Source of the DNA: Camelus ferus
Taxonomy: Eukaryota
Direction: 5' to 3'
DNA: 64,000 nucleotides
NCBI RefSeq assembly: GCF_009834535.1
Contig: NC_045696.1
Span: 76,572,001 to 76,636,000, forward strand
Below are positions 11,787 through 25,355 of the stretch, piece by piece (position 1 is the stretch's first letter; each line of letters begins with the position of its first letter). The translations under genes and the position numbers were made by a program. The notes beneath the pieces were generated by a model. It worked only from the letters and a program-made list of their open reading frames with translations, was not told the DNA's origin and made no database searches.

Positions 11787-13984
11787 TTTTTTTTAACATT
11801 TATTATTGATTTATAATCATTTTACAATGTTGTATCAAATTCCACTGTAGAGCACAATTTTACAGTTATACATGAACATATATATATATTCATTGTCACA
11901 TTTTTTTCTCTGTGAGCTACCATAAGATCTTGTATATATTTTCCTGTGCTATACAGTATAATCTTGTTTATCTATTCTACAATTTTGAAATCCCAGTCTA
12001 TCTCTTCCCACCCCCTGCCCCCTTGGCAACCACAAGTTTATATTCTATGTCTGTGAGTCTATTTCTGTTTTGTATTTATGCTTTGTTTTTTTTTTTTTTT
12101 TTTAGATTCCACATATGAGCGATCTCATATGATATTTTTCTTTTCCTTTCTGGCTTACTTCACTTAGAATGACATTCTCCAGGAGCATCCATGTTGCTGC
12201 AAATGGCATTATGTTGTCAGTTTTTATGGCTGAGTAGTATTCCATTGTATAAATATACCACCTCTTCTTTATCCAGTCATCTGTTGATGGACATTTAGGC
12301 TGTTTCCATGTCTTGGCTATTGTAAATAGTGCTGCTATGAACATTGGGGTGCAGGTGTCTTTTTGAATTAGGACTCCTTCTGGATATAGGCCCAGGAGTG
12401 GAATTCCTGGGTCATATGGTAAGTCTATTCCTAGTCTTTTGAGGAATCTCCATACTGTTTTCCACAGTGGCTGCACCAAACTGCATTCCCACCAGCAGTG
12501 AAGGAGGGTTCCCTTTTCTCCACAGCCTCTCCAGCATTTGTCACTTGTGGATTTTTGAATGCTGGCCATTCTTAATGGTGTGAGGTGATACCTCATTGTA
12601 GTTTTGATTTGCATTTCTCTGATAATTAGTGATATTGAGCATTTTTTCATGTGCCTATTGATCATTTGTATGTCTTCCTTGGAGAATTGCTTGTTTAGGT
12701 CTTCTGCCCATTTTTGGATTGGGGGGTTGTTTATTTTTTTCTTATTGAGTCGTATGAGCTGCTTATATATTCTGGAGATCAAGCCTCTGTCGGTTTCATT
12801 TGCAAAAATTTTCTCCTATTCTGTAGGTTGTCTTTTTGTTTTACTTCTGGTTTCCTTTGCTGTGCAGAAGCTTGTAAGTTTCATTAGGTCCCATTTGTTT
12901 ATTCTTGCTTTTATTTCTTCTGGGAGAACATTTTTGAGATGTATGTCAGATAATGTTTTGCCTATGTTTTCCTCTAGGAGGTTTATTGTATCTTGTCTTA
13001 TGTTTAAGTCTTTGATCCATCTTAGGTTTATTTTTGTGTATGGTGTAAGGGAGTGTTCTAGCTTCATTGTTTTACATGCTGCTGTCCAGTTTTCCCAACA
13101 CCATTTGCTGAAGAGACTGTCTTTATTCCATTGTATATTCTTGCCTCCTGTGTCGAAGATTAGTTGACCAAAAGTTTGTGGGTTCATTTCTGGGCTCTCT
13201 ATTCTGTTCCATTGGTCTATATGTCTGTTTTTGTACCAATACCATGCTGTCTTGATGACTGTAGCTCTATAGTATTGTCTGAAGTCTGGGAGAGTTATTC
13301 CTCCAGCCTCTTTCTTTCTCTTCAGTAATGCTTTGGCAATTCTAGGTCTTTGATGGTTCCATATGAATTTTATTATGATTTGTTCTAGTTCTGTGAAATA
13401 TGTCCTGGGTAATTGGATAGGGATTGCATTAAATCTGTAGATTGCCTTGGGCAGTGTGACCATTTTAACAATATTGATTCTTCCAATCCAAGAGCATGGG
13501 ATATCTTTCCATTTTTTAAGTCTTCTTTAATTTCCTTCATTAATGGTTTATAGTTTTCTGTGTATAATTCTTTCACCTCCTTGGTTAGATTTATTCCCAG
13601 ATATTTTATTACTTTGGGTGCTATTTTAAAGGGGATTGTTTCTTTACTTTCTTTTTCTGTTGGTTTATCATTAGTGTAAAGAAATGCCACTGATTTTTGA
13701 ACGTTAATCTTGTAACCTGCTACCTTGCTGACTTCTTCGATCAGCTCTAGTAGTTTTTGTGTGGACCTTTTAGGGTTTTCTATATATAGTAACATGTCAT
13801 CATCATATAGTGACACTTTTACCTCTTCTTTTCCAATTTGGATCCCTTTTATTTCTCTCTCTTGCCTGATTGCTGTGGCTAGGACTTCCAAGACTATGTT
13901 GAATAGGAGTGGTGATAGTGGGCATCCTTGTCTTGTCCCAGATTTTAGTGGGAAGCTTTTGAGTTTTTCACCGTTGAGTACTAT
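11787..13984 (-). mobile_element. Young 5'-truncated LINE-1 (camelid-type), about 2.2 kb: 3' part of ORF2, 3' UTR and poly(A)
   Basis: ORF2 RT and C-terminal peptides in the track; AATAAA (minus strand, 11799-11804) next to a poly(A) tail; 13-bp TSD TATGTGTTTCTTT at 11774-11786 and 13985-13997. Confidence 0.97.
12102..13984 (-). pseudogene. Disabled L1 ORF2 fragment (RT core to cysteine-rich C-terminus)
   Basis: Reads ...[19 protein letters not shown]..., YLGINL and [18 protein letters not shown]. Disabled by a 1-nt frameshift in the T run at 13512-13517, a TGG>TAG stop at 12816-12818, and YDDD in place of (F/Y)ADD at 13796-13807. Confidence 0.93.
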
Positions 13985-16034
13985 TATGTGTTTCTTTATT
14001 TAGGACTTGAGTTGCTGAAGCTATGCTGGATCTCATTTCTTCACTAAATTATCAACTGTACATGCTAATAGTCTCATGAGCTATACAAAGAAGAAATGAG
14101 ATCATGAAAAAACAGCAGTAGTGTTGTGTGTTTCTTGAGCACCTGCTATGTATACTAGGTTCTGTGTTAGGTATTGGAGTATAAATAACATTTGGTCCTC
14201 TTTTTGTCTTGAAGGAGCTCACAGTCTACTAGGGTTGGGCAGATAGATGAAAGACAGTATAATGGAGTTATGTAGAAATATCATAGGGAAATTATAGTTC
14301 GTGATACTGAAAATTCAGATAACTGAAAATATTTTAAAAGTGTTACTGAATTCCCTGCTGTGTTCCATGATGTTGGGGATACCACAAGAGTGATTTTTGT
14401 TTCCAAGGAAATTGGTGGGAACTGTGATACAAGTTGAGCCTCTTTATATAGTTCTGGTGGTAGCATATCTAATATATGCCGTAACAAATATTTTTAGTAT
14501 AAATAATACATTATGGAAATAATTGTACTTAGACAGTAGGTCCATACTGATTGTAATCTGACTTTGGCAGATTAATCTTTAAAACAAGTAGCCTGATTTT
14601 GGATTGCAAATGCATTTTATGAGCAGAGTAGGTAAATTGACCAATTCAAGGGTTATATTGTAAATTATTGTTGAAGCTAGGTTTTGCGCTTCCCAGTCCA
14701 GTTTACTTACTCCAATCCTGTACTTAAATTTAAGTATTATGATTTAGCGTTATGTATAGTCATCTAAAAAGGATTTCATTTTGATTTCTTTTCTCTCTAA
14801 AAGCTTGACCTCCTGTACTTTCCTTTTTTTCAGAGATGATATCAAAGATACTGATTCTAAATATTTACTGAACACATTTTTATTCATTATTTTTGGACAG
14901 TCTGTGCTGCGAACTCTGTGGGATATGAAAATGTCTAGCTGTTGGTTACCATGAAACTTAGTTTAATCGATAAGTCTTGAGTACAAATAGCTAAACAGAT
15001 AATACAACCTGGCAATCATTATCTTATGCGTGCTACAAGTGTGGACTTGGGTTCAAAGGAGTAAGCAGTTATTTCCAGCTAGGGGGATCAGAAAAGGCTC
15101 ATGGGTGCAGTACAGCTGATAAAGCTACTTCATGGACATGTTAATAGAAGCCCATACCAACTGGAGCAAAAAACATTGGGAAAGTCCTGAAGATAAAAGC
15201 AAGTTTCTCTGAGGTGTCTTTATTTTGTTATACAACCCATGTTTGGTAAATGATGTTTGACAAACGATCATTGGATCATAAGTATTACCATTTTTTACTT
15301 TCAGTAGAAAGTTATCCTATTGTTAATAGGATTCAGTATTGCATAGTATGATAAGTTTCAAAGTGTGGTCCCTGTCAGCGTGAACATTTTTTGATAACTT
15401 ACTGAAAATGCAAATCCTTTGTCCCACTCTAGATGTGGCAGTTGAATGGGAATGGGTTGGGGTGGATCAGGGTGGGGGACCTGGCAGCCTGTACTTTGAC
15501 AGTGTTTTCTTGTTTTGAGAGAACTAGGCATTTATAGTCCATTATTATCTTTTGAAAAAAATGTGATATTTGTGTCAGCTTTATTTGATAGAACTTACTT
15601 TTTGTACAAGATCTTCCTCTAGAAGCTGTTAATAGTGATTAATCACCCATTGTATGACTTTGATTAATAGTCATTGCTCTTCAACTTACTGTTTGATTAT
15701 AAAATCTTTGTCAGTTTGAAGGGTAAATTTTTTTACTTGAAAATTTGAAAATCTACAAATTGAAGAATTTAATAAGTTACTTTAATTGTCAGGGTACTTA
15801 CAAAGAAAATAGCTAGCACATTTCCTTGGCACATCAAGTTTACTGGCTGCTTTATTCCCACGTAAAATTTAAAAATGAATTATTGTGGTCACTGGTAATA
15901 TGTATAGAAAGGAAACATTTGTTGATAAAGTTTTCATTTTTATGAAATCTTTTAATGACACCTGTCAGTTTCACACTAAATAATTTTTTAAAATTTTCTA
16001 ATAACTCATTATTTCTAATGAAATTCTAACAATT

Positions 16035-16645
16035 GAAGGACTGCCAGAATTTTCCAAAGTGGCTGTACTTTACGTTCCCACCAACAGCGTATGAGAGTTA
16101 TTATTTCTCTGCATCCTCAACCATTATTTGTTGATGGCCATCCTAATGGGTATAAGGTGGTATCTCGTGATTTTGGTTTGCATTTTCCTGATTATTAATG
16201 ATGTTGAACACATTTTCATATGCTTGTTAGCTATTTGTATATCTTCTTGGGTGGAATATCTATTCAGATACTTTACCTATTTTTAAATTGGGTTGCTTGC
16301 CTTTTTATTATTGAGTTGTAATATTTCTTTATATATTCTAGACACAAGTCCCTTATCGTTTGTCTTGCAAACATTTTCTTCCATTCTGTAGGCTATCTTT
16401 TCTTTTTTCTAAGTGGTGTCCTTTAAAGCAAAGTTTTAAATTTTCATGTTGGCGATTTATCTTCTTTTTTCTTCTTCTGTTGCTTGTTCTTTAGGTATCA
16501 TATCCTTAAGAAACCATTGCTTAAATCTCAAGTCACTTAGGTCTTTGATCCATTTTGAACTAATTTTTTATATGGTATGAAGTACGGTTCCAACTTCATT
16601 CTTTTGCATGTGGCTGTCCAGTTGTCCCAGCACCCATTTGTTACA
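16035..16645 (-). mobile_element. Old L1 ORF2 3' fragment (L1MA/MB-like)
   Basis: ttccaaagtggctgtac, cccaccaacagcgtatgagagt, cttttgcatgtggctgtccagttgtcccagcacc. Confidence 0.88.
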
Positions 16646-18369
16646 GTGACAGATTTTTGTGAATTTTTATCTGTACTTTGTAGTTCTTACTAGCAGTTGA
16701 AGAGATTCTGAGTTTCACTGACTACTCCCACCCCATTGTCTAAAATAAGAATAAATTTACTAAGCATTGAAGAAAAAAATGCTATGAGGAAAAAGTACTG
16801 TGTTCCATCTTAGGAGTCATATTTTTAGAAGGACACAAGCTGGAGCAGCTTTTATAATTGTTATGTCACAAATTTTTAAAATAGGAAATTGCGCACTTGG
16901 GAATGAGACTGGGAGAAAGTCCTTCCAGTGCCTGAAAATGTTCATTTGGAGCAGAGTTAAGCTTGTTTTGCGATTTCCAAAGGCCCTGAGTAGAAGTTAC
17001 GGGAAGACACATTTGCGTCCTGGAGAAGAAAACTTTGAAACAATTAGAGCTGTCTGATAATTTAGTACAATGGTCACCCTTACATGAAAGCACTCATCAT
17101 TGAAGGAACTCAAGCAGAGGTTGAATCATTTTGTCATTAAACTTACGAAGTGGATTTCTGCATGGAACAAAGGTTGTCGAAGGCTTTCCACTTTCCTGTT
17201 CTAGTTTGCTTTCATTTTTATGAAGGGGTTTTTCTTCAGGGTTCATCCTTTTCAAGACTTCTGTCAAGTAGCAAAATGAGAGTGAGTGAAAATAGGGGGT
17301 TCTTTTCTTGAAGGATTAAATGATGGAAATCCCGTCCTTCAGTTTTTGATTAGCTGACATTATTATGCATTGTCTTGAAAACTGGTCTCATTGCTTAAGC
17401 TAGTTCTTTTTGAGGGGGGCATCTCTGTGTTGGAAAACACAATGAACAGTGGGGATGAGGCACTGTAGCAAGAGGGAATGTTGGTGAGAACTGAAAATTA
17501 AAGTATTAATCTAACATCACATTTGTGCATGGTTGTGATTTCTCAATCTTGGATTGAAGATAGCTTGCAAATATTTCAGGAAAATGTAAATTTTGTGATA
17601 GTGTAAATGGGATTTCATTGTTATCTACATGTTACCTTTCCTGATTCAAGAAATTATGCTCTTACTTTATAAACGATCCATTAGAAGAGCAGTTAAAAGC
17701 AGAAAATGTACTAATGCGTATTTCTGCTTTTGTGATAGGTGTATTTGAATCATGTTTTAAGGTTTGAAAGAAACCTTATCATTATATAAGGTGATGGAGG
17801 CAAATGAACTTAAATACCTGGTCTTTAGGCAGAATGACTTAAGAACCTTTTAGTGATAAGACTCTAAAACTATATTGCTCAAAATACAGAATTGGGAACA
17901 TGAGAAAATTAGATGTCTTTCTTTGAAGATTTTGGGATGATCTTTAAAATAGAAAAAAAAAACTTTTGTGCTTAGCCTGTTACATGTTTTAAACACTTAT
18001 CTTGTTTGCTCAGTTATATAGGCTTTCCTTATTTTAAAGACTATTCCAAAATTTCACTTTGAGCATAACCTGGATTGGCTGAGAACAAGTAGCTTAAAAC
18101 AAAAGCTTTCTTTCTGTGACGTTAGTATAGCTATGCCTCATTGGAGCAGTTGGTGCAAATTGATTAAAGTGGAGAAGTGGAGATGTCTTCATACAACTGT
18201 TAATTTTTAAGACTTAAATTAAAAATTTTTGCTGTTATGTGTATTCTTTTATGCTTAAGAAAATAAAAATACTGTTATTGTATATGAATTTTCCCCTGAA
18301 GTTACTACACATTAAAAAAAAAAACCTATTTCAAATAGACTGTCCAGATTTTCTTTTCATTTGCCTTTT

Positions 18370-18540
18370 TTTTAAGTTTTCAAAAATTTTTTTCTTTTTC
18401 TTTTTTTTTTTAGTCGGTGGAGGGGAGGTAATTAGGTTTATTTATTTATTTATTTTTAGAGGAGGTACTGGGGATTGAACCCAGGATCTTGTGCATACTA
18501 AGCACATGCTCTGGTGCTTGAGCTGTATCTTCCCCGCTCC
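18370..18540 (-). mobile_element. tRNA-Ala-derived camelid SINE (Vic-1-like long form)
   Basis: Characteristic ggggaggtaattaggtttatttatt...ggaggtactggggattgaacccagg body with a T-rich tail on +. Confidence 0.9.
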
Positions 18541-19169
18541 TTTGTCTGTTTTTGAAGGGACCACTTAAAGACTGCTACTGTTTGCACGTCTTTCTCCATG
18601 ATCCCACTAGAAGTTAGTAAAAGCCTTCACTTCTCCTCAGTTAATAGATATAAGATGTGTATGTGCAGTACAGGATAGATTGTGAAGGAAATATTGCACA
18701 ACATGTTTTCCTATGGTGGACTTTTGCGTTTAATGTTTTACATGCAGCTCTGTTCATTTTTTTACAGAGGGATTCACTGTATTAAAGAATACCCTACATT
18801 CAAATAGAATTAGCTGTATTGCAGTTTAAAAAATGCTGTTGGAACTGGAAGATGAAGACATTGTGGATGCTAATTATTTGGTATTTGTATGTAAGCTTGA
18901 AAAGGCTGATAGTGGACCACCAGTTCTTTCTGCATGTATTGAATGATCTGTCCTTTGATTCACAGCTAGCACTACTTATTTAAAGAACTTGTTGCTCATT
19001 TCAACAGCCTTATTTAGCTCTGTTAGACAGGAGCCATTGATCGAAGAGCTCTGCTTTTCCTCAAACTTGACTGTAATAGCTCTATGAAAGCTAGCCCAGC
19101 AAAATTGAATTTCCAACAATGTGGCTTCACTGTTGGTGGACTTGCAGTATTTTAGGTTCTAACGTTTCA

Positions 19170-19520
19170 AGTTAAGAGATCTTGTCTTCAAGTGCACTAG
19201 AATATCTCTTAAGAACAAGGATGTTTTCTTGTATAACCTCAATTCAGTGATCAAATTTAGGGATATTTAACATTGATGCAGTATTGATATAATACCATTA
19301 TTTAATGTATTTCATATTCAGATTTTGGCAGTTGTCCCAATGATCTTGCTAATAATTATTTTGCCCTGATCTAGGATCTGTACCAAGATCACACATTGAA
19401 TAATCTTAAATCTGGCATAGTTCTTAGAATGTCTTTGTGTTTTATTACACTGACTGACAGTTTTGAAGAATGTTTCTCAGTTTGGGTTTGTTTACTTCCT
19501 CAGGAACAGGTTCAGATTAT
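19170..19520 (-). mobile_element. Ancient L1MC/ME 3' UTR fragment
   Basis: aagaacaaggatgttttcttgtataacc, atttaacattgatgcagtat, aagatcacacattg. Confidence 0.6.
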
Positions 19521-21589
19521 GTTAACTGCAGTTTTGAAGGATTGAAAAGGATGGAATTCTATAACAAACAAGCTCTAAGTTATAATTGAAAGAATTCTGG
19601 ACCAAAAATCAAGAGTGAGTCCGAGTTCTAGTTATAAAGAAAGAATAGCTTACCCATTATCTCTACATAGTTTCCACTATGTATGTATGTATGTGGTGAA
19701 AAGAAAAGATGAATTGCATTAGGCTATATTTAAAGAGAATAGACTTTGGAGATGGTGACATAGTTTTAAATAGCAGGTTCTTTGTGGAGTAACTATTGTG
19801 AATAATTATTTGAATGTAAGCAAATTATTTAATATCTTAGGGCCATTTGTAAAATATGGCTAATATATTCCTGCCTTTTCAGGTTATTTGGGGGACTGAA
19901 TGAGGTAACACATGCAAAGTAGAAAGATGCTCTTTTGTGTGATATTGATTAAAATACAGCAAGTTTGGAAAAGGGAGAAATCAATATGAGTTATTTAGAA
20001 CTGTTAAAAAGAAACTTGAATGGAGAAGATTGCATTTGACTCATGATCTGAAGGATGGGTTGACTTTGGATAAAATATCTACATGTGGAGACTCCTTTGA
20101 AAAATTTTAGGTGTGAGGGGATATGGTCAGATTAGTGTAGGAAATAATATTAGAATGAGGAGATTGAAAGAACAGATAAACCTTGGAGTTTGAGTTCGAA
20201 GATCTGGATATAGCCCAGCCATTGTCATTGGCTAGTTTGAATTGGGGTAAGTTACTTAACTGTCTGGACCGTGCTTTTCAGCCCTATAAAATGACCTGTG
20301 CATTACTAGAGTTCTTCAGAGAGGAGAAACATCACTAATAGGTTGACGTAGTAAGGAAAGGCTTTTGGCAGGAAGAAGTTGAGCTGGATCTTGAAAAATG
20401 GGTAGGCTCTGAATAGAAGGAGAAGGAAAAAGAAAGCTTTTAAAACAAGCATACTAAATTAAAGAAGGCACCATTAGAAATGCACCTATTGTATCACAGG
20501 TTAAGAAGGAATGTGTACTGGAAGGTAATGAGAAATTAAGGTTATCAATTCTAGGCTCTGTAAGTAGGATCTTTAGATAGTGTGGCATTTAGAGTTGTGG
20601 ATGGAGTAGGAAAATGGCCCTCTTAGTTATTTAAATAAAGCTTGGTGAGACATATATTGGAATATAACTAGATTCACTTTATACAGGATTTTGGGATGAT
20701 GGTTTGTGGATTGCTTAGGGAGTCTCTGTTGAGGAGGATACCTCAACTCTCTTTCAGAAGTTTTGTGTAAGAAATAGCAAAATTTGGTGGAAGGAAAGGG
20801 CAATGACAACACTGCAGTAAAATGACCTTAAAGAAAATGGATGAGGTTGAAATATAGGCCAGTGATTCAATATATATATATATAGGCCTAAGGGTTCTTT
20901 GAAATGTTTCTGCATGACAGTTGATTCTGGAGCTTCTGCAGACCTAGCCACCAAGAATGGCTGTTGACCTTGCAGGAACAATAAATGGTTGTGGAGGTGT
21001 AAACTGAAGCGATCCCCAAAGTTGGTAGCTGATGCTGCTGCCTAGACCAGGATCTAGACCTGCCACGTATCACCATGCCGTGTGTGACCATTGTCTTGAA
21101 TAGAGCAGATTTCAGCCATCTTATCATGTGGCAGCAAAGAAAGAAAAATGGTATACAAATAATTATCCATTGTAGATCTTTCTGCCTCAGGATTGATAAC
21201 CTTCTTTCCACCTATTTACCTGCCTATAGATACAATCAATAGAAGTCCTAATTATGTGTGAATCCAGCCATTCTTTGGAAAAATAAGAAAGCTGGGACCA
21301 TATTTGACCACAAGTTGTTGAAATAGTTTCCAGGAACAAACTTCATTGGGTAGAATAGGGATATGCCATAGAACTGCTGTGGTTTCTTTATTTTAAAACC
21401 TGACTATTTAGGTTTTCTGAGCTACTGCTTTTAGTAAATCCTGTTTCTTAGAGTTGCTTCATTGTGTTTGCAGTCAATGAACCTGAAAGGTTACTGTGCT
21501 AAAACTTAAGTATCTTTTGGTTTTATAAAAGTTAGGTTGAGAAATTGAGACAAGACAGTCCCCATATATTATGTACTCATTTTGTTTGA

Positions 21590-21710
21590 CTCTCCTCCCC
21601 AACTAGAATATAAACTTCAAGGCGTTTCCTTCAGTGCTCTGTTCTTAGCATCTGAGATGATGCCTGGTATATAGTAGGCAGTCAATACATAGTAGTCAAA
21701 TGAGTGAAGA
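21590..21710 (+). mobile_element. L2 3' end
   Basis: actagaatataaacttc...tgcctggtatatagtaggcagtcaata...aatgagtgaa. Confidence 0.7.
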
Positions 21711-22572
21711 AATACATTATTTCACAGTATAACATGCAGTTAATCCTAATAATTATTCATTGTGAATTAAGCCCACTAAATGAGAGAATTCACAAATGGA
21801 TTCTTTTAAAGTTTTCCTAAAGCCTTTCTACTTACTCCCATTCTCCTACCCTTTGTTTATGGGCTTTGCTTTGATCACTGAAAGGAGAGTATGATAAGTC
21901 ACATTTCAATTTTGTCTAGGAACCCTTTGGATAAAAATACCATGGCCAGATTTTAGCCTTAATTGGAAAGGACACTTAACATCCTTTAACAGAGTAAAGC
22001 TGGCAATTTGGAAGTAGATTTTATACTAGTGATTTTCTGAAATTTAAATCTTATTTGGTAAAACCCCATACTTAAAAACTTTCTACCTAAAAATTATATT
22101 AAATCTTGTTAAATTACCAGATTAGCAGTGATGGGGGTATACAAAAGACATGTGTAGTTAATCTTTGTTTTTCGCATAAAGGAAGTTTTATTTCCTGGCT
22201 TTGGTGACCTAGGAAATTAGAATTTTCAGTACTTCTTTTGAATACCACAAAAGTAATGAATGCATATAATAAAAAAAAAAAATGAGACTCCTTTACTAGC
22301 CCTATCCTCAGGAGACAACAATGGTAAGAATTTGTGTTTTAGTTCTTCTGGTGGTTACTATTATGTTTCTTTATGTCTGTCTTGATCTGTGAGCTTTAGA
22401 CACAGTTTTTTTTTTGTCTTCAATTTTAAATGAAGTGTCCTTGATAATGTCTTAGTGAAATATGTGTTCTCTGAATAGTGCCTGAGGAGAGGAAATTGTT
22501 GTAGATTGACATAAAGAAAATATGAGAATGTGATAAGAGGTTTATCAGGCAGCAGAAATACTGGAAACTGTA

Positions 22573-23497
22573 CTGTTTTGAAAGATTACTGTTTTCCTTT
22601 CCTTACACACACAATACTTCTGACACTGCTGATCACCAAATGTGTGGTGGCTTTTTCCATGCCAATTTTCTGCAACACCAGCTGAGTGTTCTACAGTTTA
22701 GTTCAGTTCTGACATTATCCACCTGGAGTAGCATCCCACAGGTTGAGTGGTCAGTCCCAAAAGACTCCCCACATTTCAGACACTGTACACAAGTCCTGGA
22801 TTGTCGCTTCTGACCAACTGGCTTTATATCAGGGTTCCCATGACCCCATTCTTGGGTTTGATAATTTGCTAGAATGGCTCAAAGAACTCAGGGAACTATG
22901 TACTTACATTTACCAGTTTATTATAAAAGGATATGACAGAGGATACAGATGAACATCCAGCTGAAAGAGATGCACAGGGCAAGACATGGGGGAAGAGGTG
23001 CAGAGCCCTCTCCCAGGTGCATCACCTTCCTAGTATCTCCATGTGTTCAGTGATCCAGAAGCTCTCTGAATCCCATACTTTTGGGGATTTTATGGAGGCT
23101 TCATTATGCAGGTGTAGTCACTAGTCTCTGTCCTTCCTGGAGGATGACCGGGTGGAGTGGAAAGTTCCAAGCGTCTAATTATGGCGTGGTCCTTTTGATG
23201 ACCAGCCCCATCCTGAAGTTATCCAGGAGCCCACTAGGAGTCTCCTCATTGGAACCAAAGACACTTCTATCACCTAGCAAATTCCCTGCACTTCAAGAGG
23301 TCCAGTTTAGGACCTCTGTCAGAAACCAAGGTCAAAGACCAAATAGTAGACCAAAAAGACCAAGTAATGTTCTTATCATTAGGAAATTACAAGGAACTCT
23401 GTGCCAGGAATTGGGGATATATATATACATATATATATATATGCATATGTGTGTGTGTGTGTATATATATATATTTTATTTTCCTGTTATTTCTCAA
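22573..23497. mobile_element. ERV solo LTR, MER21-like, with an internal (TA)n/(TG)n tract
   Basis: acttctgacac...caccaaatgtgtgg, gttctgacattatccacctggag, gataatttgctagaatggctca, gtgatccagaagctctctgaa, accagccccatcctgaag. Confidence 0.85.
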
Positions 23498-25154
23498 TAC
23501 AAATTAGTGGTAATGTCATTCTAGATATACCTTGAGCATACATCTGTATTTCTCTGTGTCCTCCTTGTAGACTTAACCTTAGACTAGGAATACATATTTA
23601 AGTAGAGTTGGACTTCAGGGAGATCCAGTGTCCACTAAGTCATTCTCCATTCAGTGAATTCCCTCGGGACTTGGAGTTTGAAGCAGTCTGGAAGTTTATT
23701 TTTGCATGTGTAGTATGGTTCTGTAACTAGACCATTCTTTCACCCTTTACAGTGTAATATCCGTGGTTCTTAAATAGGCTCTGAATAAATAAATGAATGA
23801 ATGTTAAGAACATTTGAGAGTTTGAAGAAATCAAGTGAAAGAACAGGTATTTTTATATTGGCTTGGAATGGAACTAGTTTCTTAGAATATGGCTTAATGG
23901 TAGTCATGGCATGAGCATTCTGCAACTATGTCCTGAATTTCTGGCCAAGAACAATGGATAAGATAAGTGAGGAAAAGGAAAAAAAAAGTCAAAATTTATA
24001 TACTATTAAGAAATGTATAAAAAGGCCATTGGTCCTAGACTCCTTTTTTCTAACTGTTTACTACCTTGCATGGTATAAAAAAAGCAAATTGATGGGGTCA
24101 GAATGTTTATTTTGTTCCTGGTTGACATTCACTTTATACTGAACCCTTCTGTTCTTCAGCTTTTTTGCCCTTTCAATGAAATATACCTAGTTTTACTTTA
24201 TATTTCTCCTAATCATTGACAAAGGAATTAAGCAGAATTTATTAGAGCTCCAAGTGGGATTTGCTGACTTCTTTCACATTAGAAAATTAGTCACTTACTA
24301 GTGTTATTTGAAGTTAGACTGAATCAGACCATTTACATCTTTATTACTATACTAGAGAAGATGCATATTAATAGAATTTATAGAGCACATTAAGTTGTCC
24401 AGGGTAGCAGACATCAGGGAGAACTGAGAGCTTTCACTGCCTATAGTAACTTCTTGGTATGGGAAACTACAAGTTGTTTCCTACTCATGTTTGTAAATTA
24501 TTTTGATGTTGTGTCTAGAAAGAAAATAATTTCATACTACACAGATAATTTAGTAATCTACATGACATTCAAAATCAGAATAATTTCTAAATACTGTTAT
24601 AATTATGGAGAAGGCTTAATGGAAGCATTATTAAACTTATCCATTATTTGCAATCACTGAAAGTTATAATTGCCAGGAATTCAGTGTTGCTGTTTTAGGC
24701 AGTAGTTGCATTGCTTCTCAGCTACTATTTGGAAGCCAAGGAATAGGAATAATAATATTAGAATGATACTTCTTTAAAACATAGACATTTGATTAATCCA
24801 GTACCCATTATAGATGATTGTGATGTTAATTTAAAGACTATTATTCCTTAGGGGCCAAAATCTTGACCCACCCCTACTTCCCTATTTGGTAATCCTCTTT
24901 TTTATCTCTTATTTTATATCCAATATTTAATCCAGAAATGATATCCCATTTTCAGAATGCCAATAGCAGTCTGTTTATAAAAACAAAGTCAATTTTTGTT
25001 TTTATCAAAGAAACTGTGCATAACATTTATGAAAACACTAAAGCTTCCTGGATATTTAGACTGAGTTTGTTGATTGGTAGTTTATTTCAGCAAATTTCTG
25101 GTTCTATTAAAGGACAGCTCAGTGTGTTCCATCACATGCAGAATCTAGTAAAAT

Positions 25155-25355
25155 AACAATGGCTATCATTAACTAAGTGCTTTTTATATCGCATGTACTG
25201 TTACATGCTTGATACACATTATCTCTTTCAGTTCTCATAACAACACCCCTCTGTAGGTCGTGTTGAAATCCTTGTCTTACAGATGAGAAGACAGGTTTAG
25301 GGAGGTTGAATACCTGGCCAAGTATGTCATGTTCAGTAAGTGGTAGAGTCACAGT
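25155..25355 (-). mobile_element. MIR SINE
   Basis: ttacagatgagaagacaggtttagggaggttgaatacctggccaag core. Confidence 0.75.

Noticed and set aside
12604..13167. 187-aa + strand ORF (and 13725-14003)
   Set aside because: Antisense shadow of L1 ORF2; hydrophobic low-information translation.
22743..23524. ORFs of 63-147 aa
   Set aside because: They lie within the MER21-like LTR and run into a dinucleotide tract; no protein resemblance.
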